Source: an uncultured Candidatus Saccharibacteria bacterium (GTDB taxonomy: Bacteria; Patescibacteriota; Saccharimonadia; Saccharimonadales; JALRHH01). From it: 64,000 bases of DNA. The position numbers were made by a program, and so were the translations under genes. The notes under the pieces are model-generated. The model saw nothing but the letters and a program-made list of their open reading frames with translations, did not search any database and was not told the origin of the DNA. The stretch spans positions 489 to 64,488 of the forward strand of contig CAZXBL010000001.1 of assembly GCA_964638875.1 (NCBI GenBank), written 5' to 3'. Positions 1 through 8,523 of the stretch are shown here, piece after piece (the stretch's first letter is position 1; each line of letters begins with the position of its first letter).

Positions 1-1274
1 TTAGCATTGACGGCGCACCTATCGAACATGGGCATAAATCTGAGGCTATTGACATACCAAAGCCATTCATCCTAATGCCAACAGGGAACGATCTTAGGAA
101 GAACAATCGTCGGGGGGTAGAGGGATTTGAGATATTTAACAAAAAGAATGATAAAAAGTTTCATCTTGTTGTGACATCCGTTTTTCAGGACTCTGAGATA
201 AAGGAACTTAAGAAAATCAGTAAGAACGTGGTTTTTACAGGAAATGTAAGTGGTGAGCAATTGGAGTATTTATATGAACAAACCGATGCCCTACTCTTTC
301 CTACAGAGTACGAGGGGCTTGGCTTGCCAATACTTGAGGCTCTTGAGAAAGCAAAACCAGTAGCATGTTCCGATATATCTGTTTTTAGAGAGATATCTGA
401 CAAGGCCTTCTACTATTTTGATCCTAAGAATCCTAGCGATATAGCAAAAGCCTTGGACACTGCAGTTAAAGTCAAGGAGCTACCATTAAAAGAATACGAT
501 AGGGTAGTTAAGAAATTTACGTGGGAAAGGACTGCTGAAATTTTCGTCCGACATGCAAAAGAGCAAGTTACGAAAATACGAAAAAATAATACAGACCCAG
601 TAAGTATATTTTGTCCTTCTGTTGACGAATCAGATAAAGGGGTTGAAACTCAGCAATTATATTCGGAACTTGTACGTATTTGTCGACCTTCTTTTTGTAT
701 GGACACTGATGGGTCAAAAAACGAGAAGAGCATCAACTATCTAGTACAAATTGCTGCTGTACAAAATATTGCTCGCCCTACAAAGATCAGGTTTGCAGAG
801 AAAACCCTACCAATTTACTTTATCGAAGATAGGACTGACTGCGCTGCCATATTGCTAACCGCACTTGCAAATCCCGGGTTACTCGTTTTAGGGGCTGGCA
901 GCCTTGATATTCTTTGGCAAGGTGCCGTTGACCGAAAGCTAATTGATTCAACCAGACTGTCCGTTGAAGAAAAAATAGATAAAGCCCATGCTACAGAGGG
1001 CAAGCTAGTCTCCTTAGTTGCCATGCAGAAGACAATCATTGTCCACACTAGAAGCATTAAAGATAAGCTAGATAGAATTATAAATCTACTACCCAATGTT
1101 TCTCGGCCAAAAGTTTTATTAATTCCTAGCCCAAGTACTGAACTTGTTTACAATGAGCTGAAACAAGACCTCTCGCTACTGGATTACCCCGTGACAAGGA
1201 AAGTAAGCAAGAAGGTCTATACTTATAAGGAATATGCAAAAACTATTTATGACGAGTCACAGGAAGTAGGGTAG
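1..1274 (+). CDS. Glycosyltransferase family 1/4, 3' portion (5' end lies outside the window) followed by a ~260-aa C-terminal extension of unknown function
   Basis: The frame stays open to nucleotide 1, so the gene continues upstream. The window begins at the GT1 C-terminal EX7E region (FPTEYEGLGLPILEALEKAKPVACSDISVFRE). After that come ~260 aa with no recognisable motif. Confidence 0.7.
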   Translation, partial: SIDGAPIEHGHKSEAIDIPKPFILMPTGNDLRKNNRRGVEGFEIFNKKNDKKFHLVVTSVFQDSEIKELKKISKNVVFTGNVSGEQLEYLYEQTDALLFPTEYEGLGLPILEALEKAKPVACSDISVFREISDKAFYYFDPKNPSDIAKALDTAVKVKELPLKEYDRVVKKFTWERTAEIFVRHAKEQVTKIRKNNTDPVSIFCPSVDESDKGVETQQLYSELVRICRPSFCMDTDGSKNEKSINYLVQIAAVQNIARPTKIRFAEKTLPIYFIEDRTDCAAILLTALANPGLLVLGAGSLDILWQGAVDRKLIDSTRLSVEEKIDKAHATEGKLVSLVAMQKTIIVHTRSIKDKLDRIINLLPNVSRPKVLLIPSPSTELVYNELKQDLSLLDYPVTRKVSKKVYTYKEYAKTIYDESQEVG

Positions 1275-1279
1275 ACCCA

Positions 1280-2497
1280 ATGGGTAAGCTGTACATTGAT
1301 ATTACTGAGCTTACAGGGTGGACAGGTAAGTTAACGGGCGTGCCTCGAGTAATGGACGAGATATCAAGGCGCTTTTGTGCTGAGGACCAAGTTACATTTG
1401 TAATTTGGAGGCCAGAAGGTTATGTGGAGGTTAGCTATCCTTTATCCCAGACCAGTGAGGTAATAGACACGAGAACAGAGAGTTTACCCATGAGAGTTGC
1501 AAAAAAGATGCACAAGAAGTCGCGCATTGCTCGTAAGGCTGTTCGTGTGGGACGTGCAATTAAGACTGTTTCCAAGAAAGAAGCCGGCTCTACAGCATAC
1601 GTTCACCTAAGAAAAAGCGATATACTATTTGTTCTAGCCGACTGGCACGGGAGCGACCCATCTTTTATTGAATATCTTGTTAACGTTCAGGAGCATGGGG
1701 TTCGGCTTGTTCAGGTAGCGTATGATATGTTGCCAATAGTAACTCCACAATACTCCGGACATTCTACAGAAATGCTCAAGAACTACAGTTCGAAAGTTTA
1801 CCCCGTCTGCGATCTCATTTTCTCTATTTCTGAACATACTAAGAAAGATATAACAAGTTGGCTTTTGGGCAATAAGCTTATTGTACCCCCCATATCAGTA
1901 ATTAGATTGGGTGATGATTTCTCGAAGGTAGAGCCAAGTAAACCAGTCTCTTCGAACATCCCAAAGAAATTTATAATGTGTGTTGGGACAGTGGAAGCAA
2001 GGAAGAACCATGCACTACTGTATTACGCATATAAGCTTGGCTTTCAAAAAGGGATAGACTTGCTACCAATAGTAATAGTGGGGAGAGTAGGGTGGCTTGC
2101 AGAGGACATTTGTAAGATTATGCGACTTGACCCAGAAGTTAAAGACAAGTTTGTATTTCTACACGATGCTGACGACAATGAGTTAGCTTGGTTGTACGAG
2201 AACTGTCAATTCAGCATTTACCCTAGTTTCTATGAAGGCTGGGGATTGCCTATAGCAGAAAGCATAGCTCACGGAAAGCCTGTTGTCGCAAGCAACACTA
2301 GCAGTATGCCGGAGATAGCAGGAGACCTTATAAACTACTTCAGCCCAGCCTCGCCAGATGAGTGCCTGAAACGTATAATAGAGCTGTCGGATGATACTGT
2401 TAGGCAAGAGGCAATTGTCAAAATCAGCAAATATAACCCACATAGTTGGGATGAAACATATCAAGCAGTCCGCCACGCAATTAAAGGAATAAAATGA
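1280..2497 (+). CDS. Glycosyltransferase family 1 (GT4-like)
   Basis: C-terminal GT1 motif FYEGWGLPIAESIAHGKPVVASNTSSMPEIAGD. It starts 6 nt after the upstream stop, and its stop overlaps the next start (ATGA). Confidence 0.8.
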   Translation: MGKLYIDITELTGWTGKLTGVPRVMDEISRRFCAEDQVTFVIWRPEGYVEVSYPLSQTSEVIDTRTESLPMRVAKKMHKKSRIARKAVRVGRAIKTVSKKEAGSTAYVHLRKSDILFVLADWHGSDPSFIEYLVNVQEHGVRLVQVAYDMLPIVTPQYSGHSTEMLKNYSSKVYPVCDLIFSISEHTKKDITSWLLGNKLIVPPISVIRLGDDFSKVEPSKPVSSNIPKKFIMCVGTVEARKNHALLYYAYKLGFQKGIDLLPIVIVGRVGWLAEDICKIMRLDPEVKDKFVFLHDADDNELAWLYENCQFSIYPSFYEGWGLPIAESIAHGKPVVASNTSSMPEIAGDLINYFSPASPDECLKRIIELSDDTVRQEAIVKISKYNPHSWDETYQAVRHAIKGIK

Positions 2498-3657
2498 GCA
2501 AAGTTGTCAAAGTTTTACAATTCTCAACGCACAATGAGGAATGTGGCATAGCGAAGTATCAAGAGCAGTTTGTAGCGAGCATGAATGGTTCCGAGGGATT
2601 TGTTACAGAGTACTTCCCATATTCACCAAATAAAACGAAGCAGATGGGTCAATCCGAGTTTAAGCAGGTAATGCAAGAGCTTGACTCGATGCTAGTAAAT
2701 TTCGATATCCTACATATCCAACATGAACTTTCATTTTTCAAGCACTCAGAGCTAGCACAAATCATAGGGCTCTGTAAGCGAAAGGGTAAAAAAGTTATGG
2801 TAACTGTCCATACCGCTCCTCATGCTCAATACATACCTCCTAGACTTGGTGGGGTTGGGCCACGTAGCTTCGCACGCTTTATAAAGTCAAAGCTTTCCGC
2901 AAAACGGTTCGTTACGCGCTACATATCTCCCCTCGCCGGTGCCGATCTAATACTTGTTCACAATAACCAGACAAAACTTAGTTTGGAGTCGTTTGGGGTA
3001 CCAAAAGGAATTATCAACATAATTCGGATACCAGTACCCCAACTTGATAAAAGTCGCACAAGTGTTGAAATCAAAGAGCACTTAAGTCTTAAAAAGGACG
3101 ACATCGTATATTGTACTGTAGGATTTTTATCTCGTATGAAAGGTGTAACTCATGCAGTTAAAGCCCTAAGTCTACTACCAGATAACTATAAGCTCGCAAT
3201 TATTGGGGGTAATCACCCTGATACCCTTGATCCCAGTTTTTATGACGAAGTCGTTGATCTTATCGTAAATCTGAAACTTCAAGACAGAGTATATATTACG
3301 GGTTACGTCGTGGAGGATGATCGGCTCAATGCACTCATAAGGGAATGTGATGTCTGCATATACCCGTTCGATACTAATTACTACTCCTATGTATCATCAG
3401 CCTCACTGAATAACGCATTCGCGAATCACAAACCAGTAGTGGCTTATTCCACTAAGACATTTACAGAAATTAATGAACAAGCGACAGTTATTAATTTCTG
3501 CAAGTCACCAAATTATTATGAGCTGGCAAGAGAATTGCAAAATATTGATATACCTAAAGCTGAAGAGGAATCAAGGAAGTACGCGGAAGCGTATAACTAT
3601 GATAAAGAAGCGTCAAGTTTCATTGAAATTTATCGTACCCTAGTAAGCGGCTCTTAA
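2494..3657 (+). CDS. Glycosyltransferase (GT4-like), third member of the GT operon
   Basis: Length and architecture fit a two-Rossmann-domain GT, and the context agrees. There is no crisp EX7E motif, so the family assignment is less certain. Confidence 0.55.
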   Translation: MSKVVKVLQFSTHNEECGIAKYQEQFVASMNGSEGFVTEYFPYSPNKTKQMGQSEFKQVMQELDSMLVNFDILHIQHELSFFKHSELAQIIGLCKRKGKKVMVTVHTAPHAQYIPPRLGGVGPRSFARFIKSKLSAKRFVTRYISPLAGADLILVHNNQTKLSLESFGVPKGIINIIRIPVPQLDKSRTSVEIKEHLSLKKDDIVYCTVGFLSRMKGVTHAVKALSLLPDNYKLAIIGGNHPDTLDPSFYDEVVDLIVNLKLQDRVYITGYVVEDDRLNALIRECDVCIYPFDTNYYSYVSSASLNNAFANHKPVVAYSTKTFTEINEQATVINFCKSPNYYELARELQNIDIPKAEEESRKYAEAYNYDKEASSFIEIYRTLVSGS

Positions 3658-3659
3658 CC

Positions 3660-6293
3660 CTAAAGTACAGTGAGCTGCCAGAAAAGCCCTATATCTGTAA
3701 GCCATGTTTGACCCTCAATAACGGGTGTAAAGTACTCGTTGTACCCCCCTGGGGTTGAAGGGGTGGTTACCGAAAACTCAAATGTACCTTCTTGCCCTGG
3801 TGCAACACTAGTTTCTTTCAAAGTTGCGGCGCGGTTACAGCTGAGCCATGTGGAATTGCAAAAAGTGCTATTTCGGTTTTGAGCGTTACTGGTGCCAAGT
3901 CGTAGTGAAGATTTGTTCCAAGTTGCCCCGCTTGTGTTCTTAGCCTTTAACTGTAAATAATACGTAGTATTCCTGGCGAGTGAAGACGTGTTTGCTGGTT
4001 GGGTGAAGGAACTGTTTGTGTATGTACCTTGGCCTATATATTGCCAGGTATTAAGAGGGCTACTAAACTTGAACTCATAATACATCCCTATATCGTTCAT
4101 CCACGTCTTACCCTCGCTCAATGGAGTGAAGTACTCGCGTTTTATTGTTCCATTTTCTGAATACGGGAGCTTTACTGAAAACTCAAATGTACCTTCTTGC
4201 CCTGGTGCAACACTAGTTTCTTTCAAAGTTGCGGCGCGGTTACAGCTGAGCCACGAGCTATCGCAGAATGCGCTGGATCGATCTTTGGGGTTACTTGTAC
4301 CAAGACTCACTTTATTAATGCCAGAGTTGCTCCATGTGGCATTCCCCGTGTTTACGGCTTTTACTCTTGCGTAAACAATTGAGCCGTTAGAGAGACTCTG
4401 GCCAGTAGATATCTGAGAGGTTCTTCCAGGATCAGTATATAAATGTTGTGATATTTCCTGCCACTCATAGGTAGGAGGTCTTGTGTTAAGTTGCCAGTGA
4501 GTACCTTGATCATTCATCCACCCCACGCCTTCCACAACTGGTCTGAAATACTCGCTAAAGTTACCTATGCTTGACGGGGAAGTAACTTGAAACTCAAATG
4601 TACCCACCTCTCCTGGCTGTACAGCCGTCTCTTTTATGCTTGCAGGGCGCGAACAATTGAGCCATGTTGCGGTGCAGAACATACTTTGCCTATCAAGAGG
4701 ATTACTCGTTCCGAGATTAATGGGGTTATTTCCAGTATTTGTCCACACTGCATTTCCTAGATTACGTGCTCTTAACACCAAGTGGTAATTTGTGCTTGTT
4801 GCCAACAGACCAGGGTTTACAGATCTTGTTTTAGCGGAATCAGCATAGGCTGCTTGACCTTCATATGCCCAAACAAATGTAGGAGGCTTAACCTCAAGCT
4901 GCCAATGCATGCCCTGGTCATTCATCCAAGTTTTACCCTCTGCTAGTAAGCTGAAGTGTTCCCTTGTTACTCCATAGCCACCCTGTGCCTTTATGGGGAA
5001 CTCGAACGTTCCTATCTCACCTGGAGCCACAGAAGACTCTAATAAAGCTCCAGGGCGGCTACAGCTTAGCCAGGCAGGGGTACAGACTCCGCTAGTACGC
5101 TCTCTTGGATTATTGGTTCCAATTCTCACCGCACCATCTCCAGTATTTTTCCAAGCTTCATAGCCAGCATTTCGTGCCTTTACTCTGACATAAACTGTCT
5201 GCCCAGGTGCAAGCACTGAAGTGTTTACTGGATTAGTACGCTCCGGATTACCATAAGACTCTTGGCCTACAACAGACCATGCGTATGGTGTGTTAGTTTG
5301 GGTAGAGCCAAACCAATCAGTGAATATCCGCCAGAAATTACGATTTCCATATGCACTGCATCCATCCCCGGTTCCATAGAGATTGTTTAGTGCCGCTTGG
5401 TTTGGCTGGTAAGGGGTGTAGTAGTAAAGAGCAGCTGTTGCCTTATTTGTAATAAAAATATTTCCACCCCCACACCCACTTGGCTTTACGTCCCAGAGTA
5501 TAAAGTTTGTCGTACCGGGCACTTTGTAGCTACCACCCGGATCTGAACCCCCAGCTCGGTTCGACGGGCACTGAACCTTCACTCCATTTTCTGTACAACC
5601 CCACCATGGTTGATACATGCCATTGAGGTAGTCTCTAAAGAGCCTTGCAGATTCCCGGATTTGCATAGAGAAGCCAGCGTAGTTCGCATCGCAGTTTGCA
5701 CCTCCATTAGGACCGCTATCCGGGCAGTGTGCACCCATAGCATAGGTATATTGCTTCTCGAATGGCCAGTCATCAGTAGTGAGAGGGCCGGCAGATTCTT
5801 TCTGTATGGTAACTAATAGAACTTTAGGACTAATATTATATTGTTGTGCTGCATCCCAAATAAGCTGTGCCGCGCTTCTGGCACCAGCAGGAATAGGTTT
5901 ACCACCGTAGTTGTTTGCGGGTATCCCTGGGCTAGGGGTTACTTTTGGAACTTCATAATAATCTTTTAAACAAGTAAAAGGTGCAGGATTCCCGTTTGCG
6001 GCTCCATACTGAGCCCGGGTTCCGCCCCCAGATTCTGAAGCTCCAACTCCATTCGTATCGCATTGGCCAGCAATACGCCCATAACCACCTGTTCCAACTT
6101 TCTGGTTTAGAAAATCTTGTACCTGTGCTGCCGACATGGAGTTTGCATCGGTGAATACAGCATCGTCAATTATTCGTCCTGATTGCCAATTACTGGCATT
6201 AGCCGCCGAAGCAGTGGAGGATTCAATCAAGGCAATAAAAGGTGTGGCAAGAAGACTCAGGAAAAAGGCAAATAGTATAGGTGACTTGATCAT
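3660..6293 (-). CDS. Secreted 877-aa protein: signal peptide, N-terminal putative lysozyme-like/glycan hydrolase domain, then four ~135-aa Cys-containing tandem repeat domains
   Basis: N-terminal signal peptide MIKSPILFAFFLSLLATPFIALIESSTASA. The N-terminal domain carries QKESAG and many Gly/Cys/aromatic residues. There are four repeats of the pattern GTSNP.DR.S.FC...WLSC.R...L.E.SVAPG.EGTFEF ... W..D.G..WQL. Confidence 0.8.
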   Translation of the reverse strand: MIKSPILFAFFLSLLATPFIALIESSTASAANASNWQSGRIIDDAVFTDANSMSAAQVQDFLNQKVGTGGYGRIAGQCDTNGVGASESGGGTRAQYGAANGNPAPFTCLKDYYEVPKVTPSPGIPANNYGGKPIPAGARSAAQLIWDAAQQYNISPKVLLVTIQKESAGPLTTDDWPFEKQYTYAMGAHCPDSGPNGGANCDANYAGFSMQIRESARLFRDYLNGMYQPWWGCTENGVKVQCPSNRAGGSDPGGSYKVPGTTNFILWDVKPSGCGGGNIFITNKATAALYYYTPYQPNQAALNNLYGTGDGCSAYGNRNFWRIFTDWFGSTQTNTPYAWSVVGQESYGNPERTNPVNTSVLAPGQTVYVRVKARNAGYEAWKNTGDGAVRIGTNNPRERTSGVCTPAWLSCSRPGALLESSVAPGEIGTFEFPIKAQGGYGVTREHFSLLAEGKTWMNDQGMHWQLEVKPPTFVWAYEGQAAYADSAKTRSVNPGLLATSTNYHLVLRARNLGNAVWTNTGNNPINLGTSNPLDRQSMFCTATWLNCSRPASIKETAVQPGEVGTFEFQVTSPSSIGNFSEYFRPVVEGVGWMNDQGTHWQLNTRPPTYEWQEISQHLYTDPGRTSQISTGQSLSNGSIVYARVKAVNTGNATWSNSGINKVSLGTSNPKDRSSAFCDSSWLSCNRAATLKETSVAPGQEGTFEFSVKLPYSENGTIKREYFTPLSEGKTWMNDIGMYYEFKFSSPLNTWQYIGQGTYTNSSFTQPANTSSLARNTTYYLQLKAKNTSGATWNKSSLRLGTSNAQNRNSTFCNSTWLSCNRAATLKETSVAPGQEGTFEFSVTTPSTPGGYNEYFTPVIEGQTWLTDIGLFWQLTVL
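3767..4253. repeat. Two 82-nt direct repeats (3767-3848 and 4172-4253, 1 mismatch) inside the 877-aa gene, 405 nt apart
   Basis: Direct comparison of the two segments: ttacYgaaaactcaaatgtaccttcttgccctggtgcaacactagtttctttcaaagttgcggcgcggttacagctgagcca. Confidence 0.9.
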
Positions 6294-6811
6294 TTTACTT
6301 CATAGGTTATAGTTTTTGAATAAGTCTGACCACCAGAGCTCACATTCAGAAGAATATTCCACGCACCGTTTCCGAGCGTTGAAACAGGCACACTAAATCC
6401 AGCGCATATCGAATATTCAGACTGATAAATAACTTCAGCTGTTTGTCTGTCTGTACCCACTCCAGACGTGACGGTCAGCTCACAGCTACCAGATGAAATT
6501 TGATGAAGTTTAGTAAAAACTGTAACGTAGTCGGTGCCTTGTTTGAGAGCAGCCAGTTCAATAGATCCTGTAGTTGGCGTAGGAGTATCGGTTGGTGGGG
6601 AAGAGTCCTCAATCAACTGCTTTTTAACTTTTGCATTTGCGTCTGCCTCTGCAAGTTTCTCTTCCTCAGTTGCGCTCGAGGTATCAGGTTGGGGACTGTT
6701 TTTGACAAAGTTTGTAACATTTAGTTTTTCAAGTGCAAAGAGGAGAGTTACGGCGATTGCCACTACAAGGAGTAGATAGAGTATTTTTTTACTATTTTTT
6801 TGTTTTGCCAT
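6290..6811 (-). CDS. Small membrane-anchored (signal-anchor) exported protein, translationally coupled to the 877-aa repeat protein
   Basis: N-terminal KKILYLLLVVAIAVTLLFAL transmembrane helix, a Thr/Pro-rich linker and a C-terminal domain with Cys residues. Its stop overlaps the downstream start (ATGA at 6290-6293). Confidence 0.6.
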   Translation of the reverse strand: MAKQKNSKKILYLLLVVAIAVTLLFALEKLNVTNFVKNSPQPDTSSATEEEKLAEADANAKVKKQLIEDSSPPTDTPTPTTGSIELAALKQGTDYVTVFTKLHQISSGSCELTVTSGVGTDRQTAEVIYQSEYSICAGFSVPVSTLGNGAWNILLNVSSGGQTYSKTITYEVK

Positions 6812-6875
6812 ATTAACTAAATTATAGCAAAAAGCATGAGCGAAATCAAGATGCGCTCGAAGGATGTCTTTGTTA

Positions 6876-7400
6876 TTAGGCAGCGCGGCCGTATTTGTCG
6901 TCTAGACGGACAATGTCTTCTTCGTCTGAGGGGTTGTCTGGGTCAGTGTGTTGCCAGAACTCGGCTACAATTCCCCAAGCACCGTTTCCAACAAGACGGT
7001 GGCGTTCACCTGGGGCGAATTGAACAATCTCATCATTGCTGAGAGTAATGACATTGCTCTGGGTGTCATCAAGGCTTCGGCGGTAGCCAACAGGCCCCTC
7101 GACACACTTCCACAGTTCTGCACGTCGGTCATGGTATTGCCAGGACAGCTCTTCTTCTGGACCAACAATTAGGATTTTTGGGCTCAGTTTGGAGCCGAAT
7201 TGTTTGATACTATCTAAGTTGTAGTCCGGGAAAAAGGTGCTAATGAATTCATCGGTCGATGCTTCATCGACGACGAAGAACCCACCCCAAGGACGGTCGG
7301 CATCAACAGAAGCTATATCGATTGCTAATTCGCCCAAATACGAGCGCACTTTTTCGAATACTTCTTCTTTGGGTGTTTCGGGTGTAAAACCAAGCTCCAT
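6876..7400 (-). CDS. Stand-alone cupin domain of type II phosphomannose isomerase (mannose-6-phosphate isomerase C-terminal domain)
   Basis: RPWGGF motif and cupin core ELWKCVEGPVGY...FAPGERHRLVGNGAWGIVAEFWQ, typical of the C-terminal PMI domain of bifunctional ManC. It lies divergent to manC. Confidence 0.7.
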   Translation of the reverse strand: MELGFTPETPKEEVFEKVRSYLGELAIDIASVDADRPWGGFFVVDEASTDEFISTFFPDYNLDSIKQFGSKLSPKILIVGPEEELSWQYHDRRAELWKCVEGPVGYRRSLDDTQSNVITLSNDEIVQFAPGERHRLVGNGAWGIVAEFWQHTDPDNPSDEEDIVRLDDKYGRAA

Positions 7401-7479
7401 TTAAACTCCTATTATCAAAACATGTTGTGTAATTATACCGTAATTGGGAGATTCCTCCAGGGCTTGATAGAATTTAGTC

Positions 7480-8523
7480 ATGATAACCGTAATAATTGCG
7501 GGAGGGTCTGGTACACGTCTGTGGCCACTGTCTACTCCTGAATATCCTAAACACTTGTTAAAGATAAACGGCGACAACAAGTCTCTTTTGCAAAACACAT
7601 ATGAACGTGCGAAGAGAATTAGCGACGCGACTTACGTTGTCACTGAAATCGGTCATGCACACCATATAAAAGAGCAACTACCCGAGCTTACTGATGATAA
7701 CTTCGTGATTGAGCCAGCACGCAGAGGCACTGCTAGTTGTATTGTGGCTGCCCTAAAACACATTACTGGACGGCACGACCCAGACGAACCGATTGTGGTG
7801 TTATCAGCCGATCATTTTGTTCGGGACGCAGACGGCTTTGCACACAGTTTTAGGGTTGCCTGTGAAGCATCATCTGATACGGGGAGGATTGTACTGGTGG
7901 GGGTTGAACCAGACCACGCAGCAACGGGCTTTGGATACATACAAAAGGATGGCATATTTGATGAAGAACTGTTTGTTTACAATGTCCATTCATTCAAAGA
8001 GAAGCCAGCCCATGATGTTGCACAAGAGTATGTTCGGAGCGGAAATTACCTCTGGAACTGTGGCTATTTTGTAGGTTCGCTGAATACGTTCAAATCAAGT
8101 ATGAAAGACCGCGCGCCTAAATTACTGGAAAATTACGAACGACTGGTTGTAACAAAGACACCAGAAGAATATGAGAGAACGTATTTAGCATTCGAAAATG
8201 ATGCAATTGATTACGCACTGATTGAGAAGGCTGATGACTTATTGGTTGTCCCGGCGGCATTTGATTGGATGGATCTTGGGTCATATGGTGATATACACAA
8301 AGCCGTAGAGAGTGATGAACAAGGCAATAGCGTGCACGGAGAAAAAGTTGCTTTAGTTGATGTTGAGAATTCACTTGTTCAAAACTACGAAGACAAGCCT
8401 TTGGCAGTGATAGGGCTGGATAACGTAGCTATTATTAATACACCACAAGGTATCGTGGTTACTCGGAAGGATATCAGCCAGAAAGTTAAAGACGCCGTTG
8501 CTTTGCTCGAGAAAAAGAAGTAG
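7480..8523 (+). CDS. manC: Mannose-1-phosphate guanylyltransferase (GDP-mannose pyrophosphorylase), NTP-transferase domain only
   Basis: N-terminal VIIAGGSGTRLWPLS and EPARRGTASCIVAA signatures of the ManC/CpsB family. There is no fused cupin domain. Confidence 0.85.
   Translation: MITVIIAGGSGTRLWPLSTPEYPKHLLKINGDNKSLLQNTYERAKRISDATYVVTEIGHAHHIKEQLPELTDDNFVIEPARRGTASCIVAALKHITGRHDPDEPIVVLSADHFVRDADGFAHSFRVACEASSDTGRIVLVGVEPDHAATGFGYIQKDGIFDEELFVYNVHSFKEKPAHDVAQEYVRSGNYLWNCGYFVGSLNTFKSSMKDRAPKLLENYERLVVTKTPEEYERTYLAFENDAIDYALIEKADDLLVVPAAFDWMDLGSYGDIHKAVESDEQGNSVHGEKVALVDVENSLVQNYEDKPLAVIGLDNVAIINTPQGIVVTRKDISQKVKDAVALLEKKK

Noticed and set aside
4126-4382. Two small plus-strand ORFs (82 and 61 aa) inside the repeat region
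   Set aside because: They are antisense to the 877-aa gene and arise from the repeated sequence. They have no RBS.
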